In this document: piece by piece, positions 31,271-40,285 of the stretch
Layout of the letters: each line of letters starts with the position of its first letter
Position numbering within the stretch: position 1 is the stretch's first letter
Virus record (IMG/VR): IMGVR_UViG_3300009376_000001
Origin: a virus
Length of the DNA: 64,000 nt
Strand: one strand, 5' to 3'
Position numbers and translations under genes: made by a program
Notes under the pieces: generated by a model
What the model was told of the DNA's origin: nothing
Seen by the model: only the letters and a program-made list of their open reading frames with translations
The model's database searches: none

Positions 31271-31469
31271 TCTCCTCCACGCTAAACTCTTCCACAAGTT
31301 CTCTTTTTAAATTATCCGTAATATTATAGATAGATTTACGAATTAGCCGTCGCAATGCATTACGCTGACCCGATTCAACGTAAAAACCTTCTACAATAGT
31401 TAAGGTTTCCCTAACTATAGCAGAAACAGCCTTATCGTACTTAGCGTCCCAGCTATTCGTATCTTCCAT
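31260..31469 (-). CDS. Hypothetical protein
   Basis: ORF overlapping the next gene start. Confidence 0.55.
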   Translation of the reverse strand: MEDTNSWDAKYDKAVSAIVRETLTIVEGFYVESGQRNALRRLIRKSIYNITDNLKRELVEEFSVEENDA

Positions 31470-31656
31470 TAATTTAACTCATGTAAAACAATTTTACCAC
31501 ATTCTGAGAATTAATTCACGTAAAACTCAGATTGGCAGTCTTCAGAGCAAAAGGTTTCTCCAGAATCTCCATCTACCACACATATATCACATACCATAGA
31601 CTCACAGTAATCACATTCTATGGCATCTTCTGTCCAATCGCTACAAATTGTACATC

Positions 31657-32244
31657 TCATCGTATAAGCTTGACCACTGAGGTAACATTACCTCTAACTC
31701 GACTAGAATATTTAGGCAATGCTGATTGGTTATGCTGAATAAAAGAACGTACATGCTCACAACGTTTACGTTGTGTAACGTTTATATCGCAATCTAAATG
31801 ATGTACTACTAACTTATGTTTTACATCCATATATTTAAAAAGCCGATATACATATTCAAAATCTTGAGTTAATACTGTAATCTCTCGTAATTGGTACGTA
31901 TCATAAAATGGACGACTAGACTTAGTCTTAGATACCGTACACGGCATACAATACGTCTTATCTACTTTAATTAATTTCCCACACTCACAATAGTTATCAG
32001 GAACTTTAACCGTAACCCATAATTCTTCTTGAGTAGGATTATGCCTAATTAGACATTTAGCTCCTTTCCAAGTTTGAAATTTATGTTTAATACGAGTATG
32101 TAATCGACATTTAGAAGAAGAATTACCCGATGTGTGCCACTTATCTAAATCATGCCTAATTACATAAGTTTTATTTTCTACAGCCCTATACCATTTTTTC
32201 CATTCAGGATCTGTATCAATATTCACAGTAGTTAATTCAGGCAA
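31657..32244 (-). CDS. Cys/His-rich hypothetical protein
   Basis: CECG, CMPC, C..CEH motifs. Confidence 0.55.
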   Translation of the reverse strand: MPELTTVNIDTDPEWKKWYRAVENKTYVIRHDLDKWHTSGNSSSKCRLHTRIKHKFQTWKGAKCLIRHNPTQEELWVTVKVPDNYCECGKLIKVDKTYCMPCTVSKTKSSRPFYDTYQLREITVLTQDFEYVYRLFKYMDVKHKLVVHHLDCDINVTQRKRCEHVRSFIQHNQSALPKYSSRVRGNVTSVVKLIR

Positions 32245-33384
32245 TTACCATTCCTCAATGTCTGAATCTACAGCTACTTCTTCGAATATTTCCTCATTGT
32301 GGTCAGTAAATATATCACATACTGTCAACTCTAAGGATAATAAATCATCACTATTTGATTTTTGTAGCTGAGTGAACATAGTAGCAATTCTAGAAAGCTT
32401 ACTTTGTTTCACATTCTTAGAAATTTCTTTTAATCGTTCAACCGTATCAGATGGGCGATAAACTGTCAATTCATTCATAATATACATACAATCTGCTGCC
32501 AATTTAACCATAAATTCAGCAACTTCTACCGGATTAGCCCCTAAATCCCATAATTGTCTAATAAGTAAGAACCCTTCAGTTAATGTACCAGTACAGCAAA
32601 TTTGAAACAATTCAAGCGATACTTGCTCAATTTCACCATATAAAAACTTAATTACCTGCTCTGGAGGCTCTGAATCAGATAACGTAAGCACCATATCTAA
32701 AATATTTTCCGCATCTCTTAAAGAACCATCAGATTTTCCGATAATACTAATTAAAATATCACGAGACACAGTTCGTTGCTCTGATACGCAAATTCTAGCC
32801 AACTTATCTAACATTGCTTTAGGTAGAACTTTTTTAAACAAAAGAATCTGGCATCTAGAAGATAATGTAACGAATGCTTTATCAGTATCTGTCTCCGACG
32901 AAGGATTCTCTGTTGTGCAGAAGACAAAATGAACATGCTTAGGAGGCTCTTCAACTATTTTTAATAGAGCATTTAATGCTGCTGCAGTTAATTGATGAGC
33001 TTCATCGATAATAATAAATTTCTTATCAACATGCTGGGGGCGAAGATGTACAGTCTCGATTAACTCACGAACTGCTTCTATTCCTCTATTCGATGCTGCA
33101 TCTATTTCCATAGCGTCGTGTATTGCGAATTTACATCCCACACATGTACCACATGCTGTAAATCCTTTTAATTGCTCGCAGTTTGCAACTTTGCACAATA
33201 TTCTAGCTATTGATGTTTTCCCACTTCCACGTGGCCCACGAAATAAGTACGCACCTGCAAGTCGTTGTTTTAAAACAGCATTGGATAGAACACGAGAAAT
33301 TGCATCTTGTCCAACAATTTCATTTAAATTCTGAGGTCTATATCTATTAAATAAGTTTACCTGGGTGACCATCATCAATCTCAA
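32245..33384 (-). CDS. dnaX: DNA polymerase III gamma/tau-like clamp-loader subunit
   Basis: RYRPQ..VGQ, Walker A GPRGSGKTS, Zn CGTCVGC, EIDAASNRG, DEAH, SRC, SDGSLRDA. Confidence 0.92.
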   Translation of the reverse strand: MRLMMVTQVNLFNRYRPQNLNEIVGQDAISRVLSNAVLKQRLAGAYLFRGPRGSGKTSIARILCKVANCEQLKGFTACGTCVGCKFAIHDAMEIDAASNRGIEAVRELIETVHLRPQHVDKKFIIIDEAHQLTAAALNALLKIVEEPPKHVHFVFCTTENPSSETDTDKAFVTLSSRCQILLFKKVLPKAMLDKLARICVSEQRTVSRDILISIIGKSDGSLRDAENILDMVLTLSDSEPPEQVIKFLYGEIEQVSLELFQICCTGTLTEGFLLIRQLWDLGANPVEVAEFMVKLAADCMYIMNELTVYRPSDTVERLKEISKNVKQSKLSRIATMFTQLQKSNSDDLLSLELTVCDIFTDHNEEIFEEVAVDSDIEEW

Positions 33385-33841
33385 TTATTTGACGTTTAAA
33401 TTCTTCAACCTTATCTAATACTTCAGTATTTTGACCGATGCGAGCAATATGTTCTAAATGATCAATACGTTCATACATTTTATTAAGACGTTTTGTGTAC
33501 CCCCGCTTAGTCTTCATATCAGTGGCTGAAGCTTTAGCATCTTCCAAAGCTTCTAATTTCACGTTAACTTCTCGCATCACATCGGAGATAAATATGTTGT
33601 ACGCTTCCACCAATTCCTCAATATCGTCTTCTTCAACATCGGCTTTAACCACGAATAGATTTTTATCCAATGTTTTAAGGGACTTAAAACTATTCGACGA
33701 ATACGGCATGCAGTACACGCTTTGATTACGTAAGGCTGCGCCAACACGCCGTAAACCACGAAGCAACCGCACCCTACGGGCCGATTCTTTTGACCCCATG
33801 TCGAAAAAGACAAAGCTCCACTCCTTTAATTGTGTGTCCAT
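33347..33841 (-). CDS. ChrB-N/PaaX/Cas2-like ferredoxin-fold protein
   Basis: WSFVFFDM...RVRLLRGLRRVGA..QSVYCMP follows the pattern of these families. Confidence 0.55.
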   Translation of the reverse strand: MDTQLKEWSFVFFDMGSKESARRVRLLRGLRRVGAALRNQSVYCMPYSSNSFKSLKTLDKNLFVVKADVEEDDIEELVEAYNIFISDVMREVNVKLEALEDAKASATDMKTKRGYTKRLNKMYERIDHLEHIARIGQNTEVLDKVEEFKRQIIEIDDGHPGKLI

Positions 33842-33895
33842 ACCTTTACCTTGTACCTTTCTTTGATTAGATGTTATAAGTATACCAAATTTAAA

Positions 33896-34117
33896 TCACG
33901 AAGTCAATACTGAGTTTAATCGTTCTAGAGGGGTAGTCCCCGCAGAAAAGGTACATCCGTCCCATTTCCAATCACAGCGTAAACATCGATGAGGAAGATT
34001 GGGAGTCATAGTAGCATCCTCAAAATGTGTGACTCCAATTGAACCACACTGAGGACAACATTCGTGCTGAGTAGTACCGTCTGTATTCTCATTTACCGAA
34101 AAATAAACCTGAACCAT
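33896..34117 (-). CDS. Zn-ribbon protein
   Basis: CPQCGS..CLRCDWKW; AGGAG RBS. Confidence 0.6.
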   Translation of the reverse strand: MVQVYFSVNENTDGTTQHECCPQCGSIGVTHFEDATMTPNLPHRCLRCDWKWDGCTFSAGTTPLERLNSVLTS

Positions 34118-34211
34118 ACCATTTCTCCTTTTACCATAACCTAAGATTGTATCTATATATATTAACTATATATTACTCATTTAAAGACATATATCTTTAT
34201 ATATCTACATA

Positions 34212-34259
34212 ACGCACTTGATAATTTCTACAAAAAGTTAGATGATATATCAAGTGCGT
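34212..34259. promoter_or_regulatory. 12-bp perfect inverted repeat at the divergence point
   Basis: ACGCACTTGATA-N24-TATCAAGTGCGT in an AT-rich intergenic region. Confidence 0.6.
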
Positions 34260-34285
34260 ATAATTTAACGCATTTGGAGGTATAT

Positions 34286-34858
34286 ATGAGAATAGCATCG
34301 TTTGATATTGAAACGACGGACTTGAAAGCTAACATGGGAATTGTACTGTGTGCAAGTTTTCATGAAATTGTTCCACCTGGTTATTATTCTAATCATCACG
34401 ATACCCCAAATAAACCCTATACCTTAAAACTAAAAATAGAGGACCCCTACGATCCTAATCCTGATAAAGCGTTAGTAATAGCTATTAGAGATGAAGTAGA
34501 GAAATATAACGGTATCGTTACATGGAATGGGAAAATGTTTGATGTTCCTTTCATCAACTCCCGTTTAATGTTCCACGGCGAGCGTCCGGTAAAACCACAA
34601 TTTCACATAGACGCAATGTACTATGCCGGAGGTACTGCAAATAGAATTGGTAGCCGACGATTAATATCAGTTCAACAATTCTTAGGTATTAATCCTGAAG
34701 AAGGTAAAACTCCGCTAACTTGGGATACATGGAAATCCGCCATGCGGGGCAGTCCTAAAGCTATGAAAGATGTTGTTAAACATTGTGAAATGGACGTAGT
34801 CGTTCTTACTAAGGCGTATTGGGCCTTACTGCCTTATATAGCTAACATACACAGATAG
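34286..34858 (+). CDS. DEDD-family 3'-5' exonuclease (RNase H-like)
   Basis: FDIETT, TWNGKMFDVPFI, HID, HCEMDV; GGAGG RBS before ATG 34286. Confidence 0.85.
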   Translation: MRIASFDIETTDLKANMGIVLCASFHEIVPPGYYSNHHDTPNKPYTLKLKIEDPYDPNPDKALVIAIRDEVEKYNGIVTWNGKMFDVPFINSRLMFHGERPVKPQFHIDAMYYAGGTANRIGSRRLISVQQFLGINPEEGKTPLTWDTWKSAMRGSPKAMKDVVKHCEMDVVVLTKAYWALLPYIANIHR

Positions 34859-34861
34859 GGA

Positions 34862-34890
34862 TTGCATTTCAAGTTTACGCTTGGTATAAT
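34862..34890 (+). promoter_or_regulatory. sigma70 promoter
   Basis: TTGCAT-17-TATAAT with extended TG. Confidence 0.65.
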
Positions 34891-34942
34891 TATACAAACT
34901 CACTGTTTTAAGTAAGATACTAAAAGTATCACAAGGTGAAAG

Positions 34943-35833
34943 GTGGCATTTTTGGTAGAGCTAAACACACGCCAAAGTTTAGAAAAATACCTAGTTGATA
35001 ACCCTACAGGAAGAATAAATACCGCAGAACTTAGCAGAGCATTGGGAGTTTCTCGTCAACGTATATGTAATCTATTAGATACAATGGGAGAAGATAGACA
35101 TCATAGACTCCCTGCTCTGATTAATCATTGTAAAACTTGCAAAAAACCTATCAGTAAGCATGCAACGTTCTGTAGAACTCACGCTAAAATTATTGAACGA
35201 CATCCTGGCGCATACTACCAATGTAGAGTATGTCAACAACATAAAGTATTAGAACAATTTGCTAAGAGTAATATTTCATCATCAGGATATGAAACTCGTT
35301 GTTTAGATTGCAGAGCTAAGTGGCAACGTAATTATTACAAAACGGAGAGAGGTAAACAGAGTCACATTAAAACAACTCGTGCTCTATCTCAGAAACATCC
35401 TGAACGACAACGAGCATATTATCAAGTTTACAAAGCATTAAAAAATGGAATTATCTCTAAGCAACCTTGTTTTAGATGTAACGCTTCAAAAACCCAAGCA
35501 GTACATTCAGATTACCGTAATCCTTTAGACATTACTTGGGCATGTTTAACATGCCGTAGTGAATTACCTACTCCTGAAACCTATACTGCAAATCCGCTAG
35601 AAGATGGATTCAGGGAATTTATTCGAACTAGAATAGGTAAAACTAATGGACTAGGAAGATGGTTAGAAATTATTAAACAGCATTACAACATTACATTCTT
35701 AACCACTAATATCTTCTTAACGTCCATTAAAGAATATAAAGAAATCGAAGGATTAGGCCGACAGTACAGAGTCTTAGCATCTCAATATGCTAATGAACTT
35801 CTCATCGAATTATCTCCCGAAAACCATACCTAA
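34943..35833 (+). CDS. HTH plus Zn-finger protein with degenerate HNH-like domain
   Basis: ELSRALGVSRQRI HTH; several CxxC; PCFRC..AVHSDYRNPLDITWACLTC resembles phage HNH (HHxDYxKPLxVxWLCxxCH) with His substitutions. Confidence 0.65.
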   Translation: MAFLVELNTRQSLEKYLVDNPTGRINTAELSRALGVSRQRICNLLDTMGEDRHHRLPALINHCKTCKKPISKHATFCRTHAKIIERHPGAYYQCRVCQQHKVLEQFAKSNISSSGYETRCLDCRAKWQRNYYKTERGKQSHIKTTRALSQKHPERQRAYYQVYKALKNGIISKQPCFRCNASKTQAVHSDYRNPLDITWACLTCRSELPTPETYTANPLEDGFREFIRTRIGKTNGLGRWLEIIKQHYNITFLTTNIFLTSIKEYKEIEGLGRQYRVLASQYANELLIELSPENHT

Positions 35834-35841
35834 ATGACGTA

Positions 35842-35870
35842 TTGACTTCATCGATTATATTTGGTATACT
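35842..35870 (+). promoter_or_regulatory. sigma70 promoter of the Tas-like gene
   Basis: TTGACT-17-TATACT with extended TG. Confidence 0.75.
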
Positions 35871-35940
35871 ACTGCCATGTCCTCAGAAATGGGGTCAAAT
35901 TCAAAAGTCAATGTAAGACTATAACTGCATGGAGAAAGGT

Positions 35941-37029
35941 ATGGTAAAAGCACAGGAGATGGTTACCGATATCATGGGAGACGATGAAGAGTTTTCTCTG
36001 GATATGAATAGTATTCGATCCTTTCAGATAGAACTTGTAAATCGAATCACTAAGGATGCTCTCGATAAAATTGGTTCGAATCCTCAAGGTATGTCAAAGG
36101 ATGAAATTCGTTTTCTAGTTAGTTCTTATTATGGCGTTCAAGAACTACGTAAGCTACTAAAGAATCGAGTTTCGGCTCTCTCAAAGCAAGATGATCCTGC
36201 TTCTATGTTCTCTTTTGTTTCTGATGGTATTGAAACTACCGAGAAAAATATTCAAAAATTCCTAGCAGTTGCTAGCGGTCAGGAAGTAATCGGACAGTGG
36301 GCAGAGTCTATACGAGGCATTGGGCCAGTTATTTCCGCAGGTTTACTTGCTCATATTGATATGAATAAAGCTCCTACGGTTGGACATATATGGCGGTTTG
36401 CGGGATTAGACCCAACATTGGAATGGCTAGGACGAGATAAGTCCTCCAAGTTGGTATCTGAACTCATAGAAGGCCGTGGAGCCGAAGTTACTGAAGAACA
36501 GTTTGCTCAGATTGCTACTGCAGCTAATCGCAAAGCAGATACTTTCATGGAACAAGTTCAGAATTTTGCTACTTCAACAGGAAAGGGTTCTTACTTAACC
36601 AAAGATAATATAGTTAAAACCCTTTCAAAGCGTCCTTGGAATGCTGATTTGAAATTAATATGTTGGAAGTTGGGTGAATCCTTTGTAAAGGTTTCAAACC
36701 ATCCAGAAGATATATACGGTAAAGTCTACCAAGCACGAAAAATGCTAGAGACTCAGAATAACGAATCGGGTAAGTATGCAGAACAAGCTGCTAAGAAACT
36801 GGAACGTGTAGGACGTTCTACCGATGCATATAAGTCGTATGTATTAGGTAAACTACCTCCTGCTCACTTACATGCACGAGCTAAACGGTATGCTGTAAAA
36901 CTATTCTTGGCACATTGGCATCATGTAAACCATGAAGCAACATTCGGCACACCTCCGCCAAAGCCATATATCTTGAACCAAGAAGGCCATACGCATTATA
37001 TTGCTCCCCCTAATTGGCCTATGGCGTAA
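35941..37029 (+). CDS. tasA: TasA-like Nop-domain protein (IS110-related, no RuvC/DEDD domain)
   Basis: Coiled coil EIRFLVSSYYGVQELRKLLKNRV; IS110/Nop motifs SIRGIGPVISAGLLAHID, IWRFAGLDP, WNADLK..W, YGKVYQARK, HARAKRYAVKLFL; no N-terminal GIDV motif; TIGR-like array in the same region. Confidence 0.75.
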   Translation: MVKAQEMVTDIMGDDEEFSLDMNSIRSFQIELVNRITKDALDKIGSNPQGMSKDEIRFLVSSYYGVQELRKLLKNRVSALSKQDDPASMFSFVSDGIETTEKNIQKFLAVASGQEVIGQWAESIRGIGPVISAGLLAHIDMNKAPTVGHIWRFAGLDPTLEWLGRDKSSKLVSELIEGRGAEVTEEQFAQIATAANRKADTFMEQVQNFATSTGKGSYLTKDNIVKTLSKRPWNADLKLICWKLGESFVKVSNHPEDIYGKVYQARKMLETQNNESGKYAEQAAKKLERVGRSTDAYKSYVLGKLPPAHLHARAKRYAVKLFLAHWHHVNHEATFGTPPPKPYILNQEGHTHYIAPPNWPMA

Positions 37030-37079
37030 ATCAATAGGCCACCTCATTGAAAGGTGGGGTGGCCTAGCTAGGATTAACT

Positions 37080-37259
37080 ATGGCTGAGAAAAAAGAATAT
37101 CAATGTCCAAGAGGACATACTTTTGCAACGGAATCTCCAATTATCATCGCAGTAGAAGATGACCCTGAATACAATTCAGGAGTAGTGTGTCCATACTGTT
37201 ATGTGAATTGGTTTAGATTAAATATAAGTGCAGAGGAATCCTCTAGCCACTCCGCCTGA
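37080..37259 (+). CDS. Small Zn-ribbon protein (59 aa)
   Basis: MAEKKEYQCPRGH..VCPYC; not in the ORF track. Confidence 0.55.
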   Translation: MAEKKEYQCPRGHTFATESPIIIAVEDDPEYNSGVVCPYCYVNWFRLNISAEESSSHSA

Positions 37260-37275
37260 TTGGTCAGAAAGAATG

Positions 37276-37320
37276 AGTGACCCTAGAGAAACTAGAGTAC
37301 CATTTGAATCGAGTCAGTAT
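37276..37320 (+). repeat. Orphan TIGR-like unit
   Basis: AGTGACCCT-agagaaact-AGAGTACCA-tttgaatcg-AGTCAGTAT. Confidence 0.55.
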
Positions 37321-37385
37321 TGACTTAGTCTAGAAAATATGGTATAGTACTAAATACAAACTAAAGTAAAGGAGTTTTCGCATAA

Positions 37386-37838
37386 ATGCTATCACGTAGA
37401 CAAACTTTTCCTAGAAGACGGCCTCTCTTTTCTAATCTAATTGAAGAATTTCTATCTCCGACGGTCAACAAGGACTCATATACGTCTCAACCTTCTGTCT
37501 TTGATGTAGTTCAAAAATTAGATGAAGAACGAGATATAGCACTTACATATATGTTCCTACCAGGTGTTACATCCGATCAAGTTGATGTCTCAGTAAATTC
37601 AACTGCTCACGTTATTAATATAGTAGTTAATGTGAATGAGACAGATACTAATGACGTACTAACGCATGTATATGCTAATCGAGTACAAAAGTCATTTCGT
37701 ATGACCTCAGATTATGATATCGAACAGACGACGGTAGATTTGTCTAATGGAATATTAACCCTTACGACACCTCGTCTATCGAAATCCCCCGAATCTATAA
37801 AACTACCTATCAATACAAAAACAGAAAAGAAAAAGTAA
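37386..37838 (+). CDS. Hsp20/alpha-crystallin small heat-shock protein
   Basis: LPGV...VDVSV; DLSNGILTLTTPR; own promoter TTGACT-17-TATAGT at 37320. Confidence 0.8.
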   Translation: MLSRRQTFPRRRPLFSNLIEEFLSPTVNKDSYTSQPSVFDVVQKLDEERDIALTYMFLPGVTSDQVDVSVNSTAHVINIVVNVNETDTNDVLTHVYANRVQKSFRMTSDYDIEQTTVDLSNGILTLTTPRLSKSPESIKLPINTKTEKKK

Positions 37839-37930
37839 GGTTAAGAAACATCCCCCCGAAGGCGGAAGCCGTGCTCCTGTGCGGATTGATTGAATATATG
37901 ACGAAGCCTAGGGGGGTCTAAAATATTATT

Positions 37931-38242
37931 ATGTCACTACTAATACTAGCTCTAACAATAATTTTAATAGTCATTCTTTGGTCAACTTTTTGGAAAATTC
38001 TAGGATTTATGATATCCTTATTTAGAGGACTTATAGGACTTCCATATCGTTGGTTAATGAATAAAACAGAATGGGGACGCTTTGATAGAGAGCCTTCGCC
38101 ATTTACTCCAGAAGATCCATCCTCTATATGGGTATCGGGCAATAACGGAACCTATTTTAGATATAACATATTAGCTGAAGGAGATGATTGGGATAATCAG
38201 GTAGATAATCTCAATTCATTTTATAGGGAAAACGGTAAATAA
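37931..38242 (+). CDS. Membrane-anchored hypothetical protein
   Basis: N-terminal hydrophobic helix. Confidence 0.6.
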   Translation: MSLLILALTIILIVILWSTFWKILGFMISLFRGLIGLPYRWLMNKTEWGRFDREPSPFTPEDPSSIWVSGNNGTYFRYNILAEGDDWDNQVDNLNSFYRENGK

Positions 38243-38259
38243 AGGTTAGGAGAACGACG

Positions 38260-38490
38260 ATGTTCGGACTATTTGGCGGAAAAAAGGCTACTACTACTAC
38301 GGAATCCCCTCTCAAAGATAATGCATACGCATTACGCAACGAAATTCACCGCATACAAGAAGAACTGTCCACAGTCTTAGAATCTAAGGGACGTGCAACG
38401 AAAGATGAACGTACTGTTATCGTTACGTCTTCTTTAGATGCGTTTAAGAAAGTAGACAACTTCCTTCTTAAATACATGACAGTAAAGTAG
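38260..38490 (+). CDS. Hypothetical protein
   Basis: AGGAG RBS plus ORF. Confidence 0.6.
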   Translation: MFGLFGGKKATTTTESPLKDNAYALRNEIHRIQEELSTVLESKGRATKDERTVIVTSSLDAFKKVDNFLLKYMTVK

Positions 38491-38497
38491 CTCACTA

Positions 38498-38866
38498 ATG
38501 TTTGAATATTTTTGTAAAGTTACTCGTGTTGTAGATGGCGACACTATCGATGTGAATATCGATTTAGGATTTCAAATCTGGCATAAAGCTCGTGTGCGAA
38601 TGCTAGGGATAGACACTCCTGAAAGCAGAACACGTAACAAAGCAGAAAAAGCACTAGGCTTGGCGAGCAAGCAGCGTCTAAAAGACATGCTTAAAGGCCA
38701 AAAAGTTAAGATTGCATGTAGCAAAGAAAAAGGTAAATTTGGTCGAGTTTTAGCTACCGTTATTACTGTAGCTGAAGATGGTACGGAAACTGATTGTAAT
38801 AATCAATTATGTATCGAAGGACATGCTCGACCTTATTTTGGTGGTAAAAAAATCCCGTGGGTATAA
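38498..38866 (+). CDS. Thermonuclease (SNase-like)
   Basis: VTRVVDGDTID, RMLGIDTPESRT, KFGRVLA. Confidence 0.9.
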   Translation: MFEYFCKVTRVVDGDTIDVNIDLGFQIWHKARVRMLGIDTPESRTRNKAEKALGLASKQRLKDMLKGQKVKIACSKEKGKFGRVLATVITVAEDGTETDCNNQLCIEGHARPYFGGKKIPWV

Positions 38867-38878
38867 GGTAAAAGATTA

Positions 38879-39373
38879 ATGACTAGAATAACTCCACAAT
38901 ATTATCAAGAGAATAGCGCATCTAGAAGTAGATTAGAATGGCTTAAAAAGTTAGTAGAAAATCAGGGACGTACTATTCCTGATGATTTTGATGTTGATGA
39001 AATTAGTTGGGTAACAGATCGCCTAGGAATAACGGATTTTGAAGGTAGTGAAGAATCTGTACTACAAAACTATTTCACTATTTGTGTTGCTGGAGAATTA
39101 GATTCTTCTGCCCAAATAAAAGCTGACTTAGATCCGTATTCAGGACGAGTTACCGACGATTTAACAGAATTAGCAGCATTGATACATAAAGTACTTACAG
39201 AATCTGATGATTCAAAAGTAGTTGTACACTGCGCTATGGGAATGGAACGCAGTCCTCTCACAGTAGTGTGGTATTTACACACTTATCATGACATGTCTAT
39301 TGATGACGCATACGACCTAGCCATTCAAGCTAGACCAGTAGTGTGTGATCGTCGTGAGTGGATTGATTCTTAG
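38879..39373 (+). CDS. Dual-specificity protein phosphatase
   Basis: VVVHCAMGMERS = HCxxGxxRS. Confidence 0.85.
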   Translation: MTRITPQYYQENSASRSRLEWLKKLVENQGRTIPDDFDVDEISWVTDRLGITDFEGSEESVLQNYFTICVAGELDSSAQIKADLDPYSGRVTDDLTELAALIHKVLTESDDSKVVVHCAMGMERSPLTVVWYLHTYHDMSIDDAYDLAIQARPVVCDRREWIDS

Positions 39374-39385
39374 AGCAGGAGAAGA

Positions 39386-39547
39386 ATGGGTAAATTAATT
39401 GAAGCAACATGTCCATATTGTAAAGAGATACGTACTATTCAAAAAAGAAATCAATATGACAATGCAGAACGACCCTGTAGACCCTGTTCTATACAAAGAG
39501 CAAAGCATTTTCTAAATAAAAATATGTTTAGGAAAAATGACCGCTGA
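39386..39547 (+). CDS. Small Zn-finger protein
   Basis: AGGAG RBS; CPYC..CRPC. Confidence 0.5.
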   Translation: MGKLIEATCPYCKEIRTIQKRNQYDNAERPCRPCSIQRAKHFLNKNMFRKNDR

Positions 39548-39884
39548 TATTATAAATATCAAACGTATTGAATTTAAAGATGGTACTTTTATAACGTTTG
39601 AGCAAGCAGCTAGACGCATACAAAAAGAAAATAGACTCGCTAAAGGCTATTGGATTAAAAATGATTTACGTCCTGCAACAGGTGTACTAGAAGAATGGAC
39701 TCGATGTGGAGATGAAGACTGCATCGAGCCTTATCTTTGTTACACCCCTGTGAAAAAACGTAGACTTGCTAATAGCTGGTTTGCAGTGTCTATATCAGCT
39801 AACAATGATAAAGGCATCGAGGAAACAGCTGAAGAGCATTGTGTTCGAATGTCTCAATGGTTAAGAAGCTTTAAACGAGGATAA
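39537..39884 (+). CDS. Hypothetical protein
   Basis: ORF in operon. Confidence 0.55.
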   Translation: MTADIINIKRIEFKDGTFITFEQAARRIQKENRLAKGYWIKNDLRPATGVLEEWTRCGDEDCIEPYLCYTPVKKRRLANSWFAVSISANNDKGIEETAEEHCVRMSQWLRSFKRG

Positions 39885-39886
39885 TA

Positions 39887-40285
39887 ATGTTTGCATTAGT
39901 AAAATTCGTTGTAGCAATTCTTATAATGTTTAAGTTGATTCCTAAAAGTCAGTTAATGACTCAACATGATATCACTATTCTAGAAGATGAATTACAACAA
40001 TTAAGTAAAGTAAACCTTCGGCATTCTGAAAACTTAACGAATGCTAAAAAAGAATTAAAAGATATGGAAAAACGATATCAAGATTCTTTTCTCGCAGAAA
40101 ATGAAGCGAAAGAAAACTTGAAAGCTGCAGAAAGTCGAATTAAAACTCTTTACCAAGAAAAAACAGAAGCTGTAACAGCAGAAGAAGTAGCTACCCAACA
40201 ATATTCAGCATTACAAACAGAAATGTTAACTGCGACAGAGTTATCCACTAAACTAAAAGAGGCATTATCGAAATGGATGAGTTAA
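39887..40285 (+). CDS. Membrane-anchored coiled-coil protein
   Basis: Hydrophobic N-terminus, heptad-rich body. Confidence 0.6.
   Translation: MFALVKFVVAILIMFKLIPKSQLMTQHDITILEDELQQLSKVNLRHSENLTNAKKELKDMEKRYQDSFLAENEAKENLKAAESRIKTLYQEKTEAVTAEEVATQQYSALQTEMLTATELSTKLKEALSKWMS

Noticed and set aside
35929-37029. Active IS110 insertion sequence
   Set aside because: No RuvC/DEDD domain, no catalytic xSG motif and no evident element ends.
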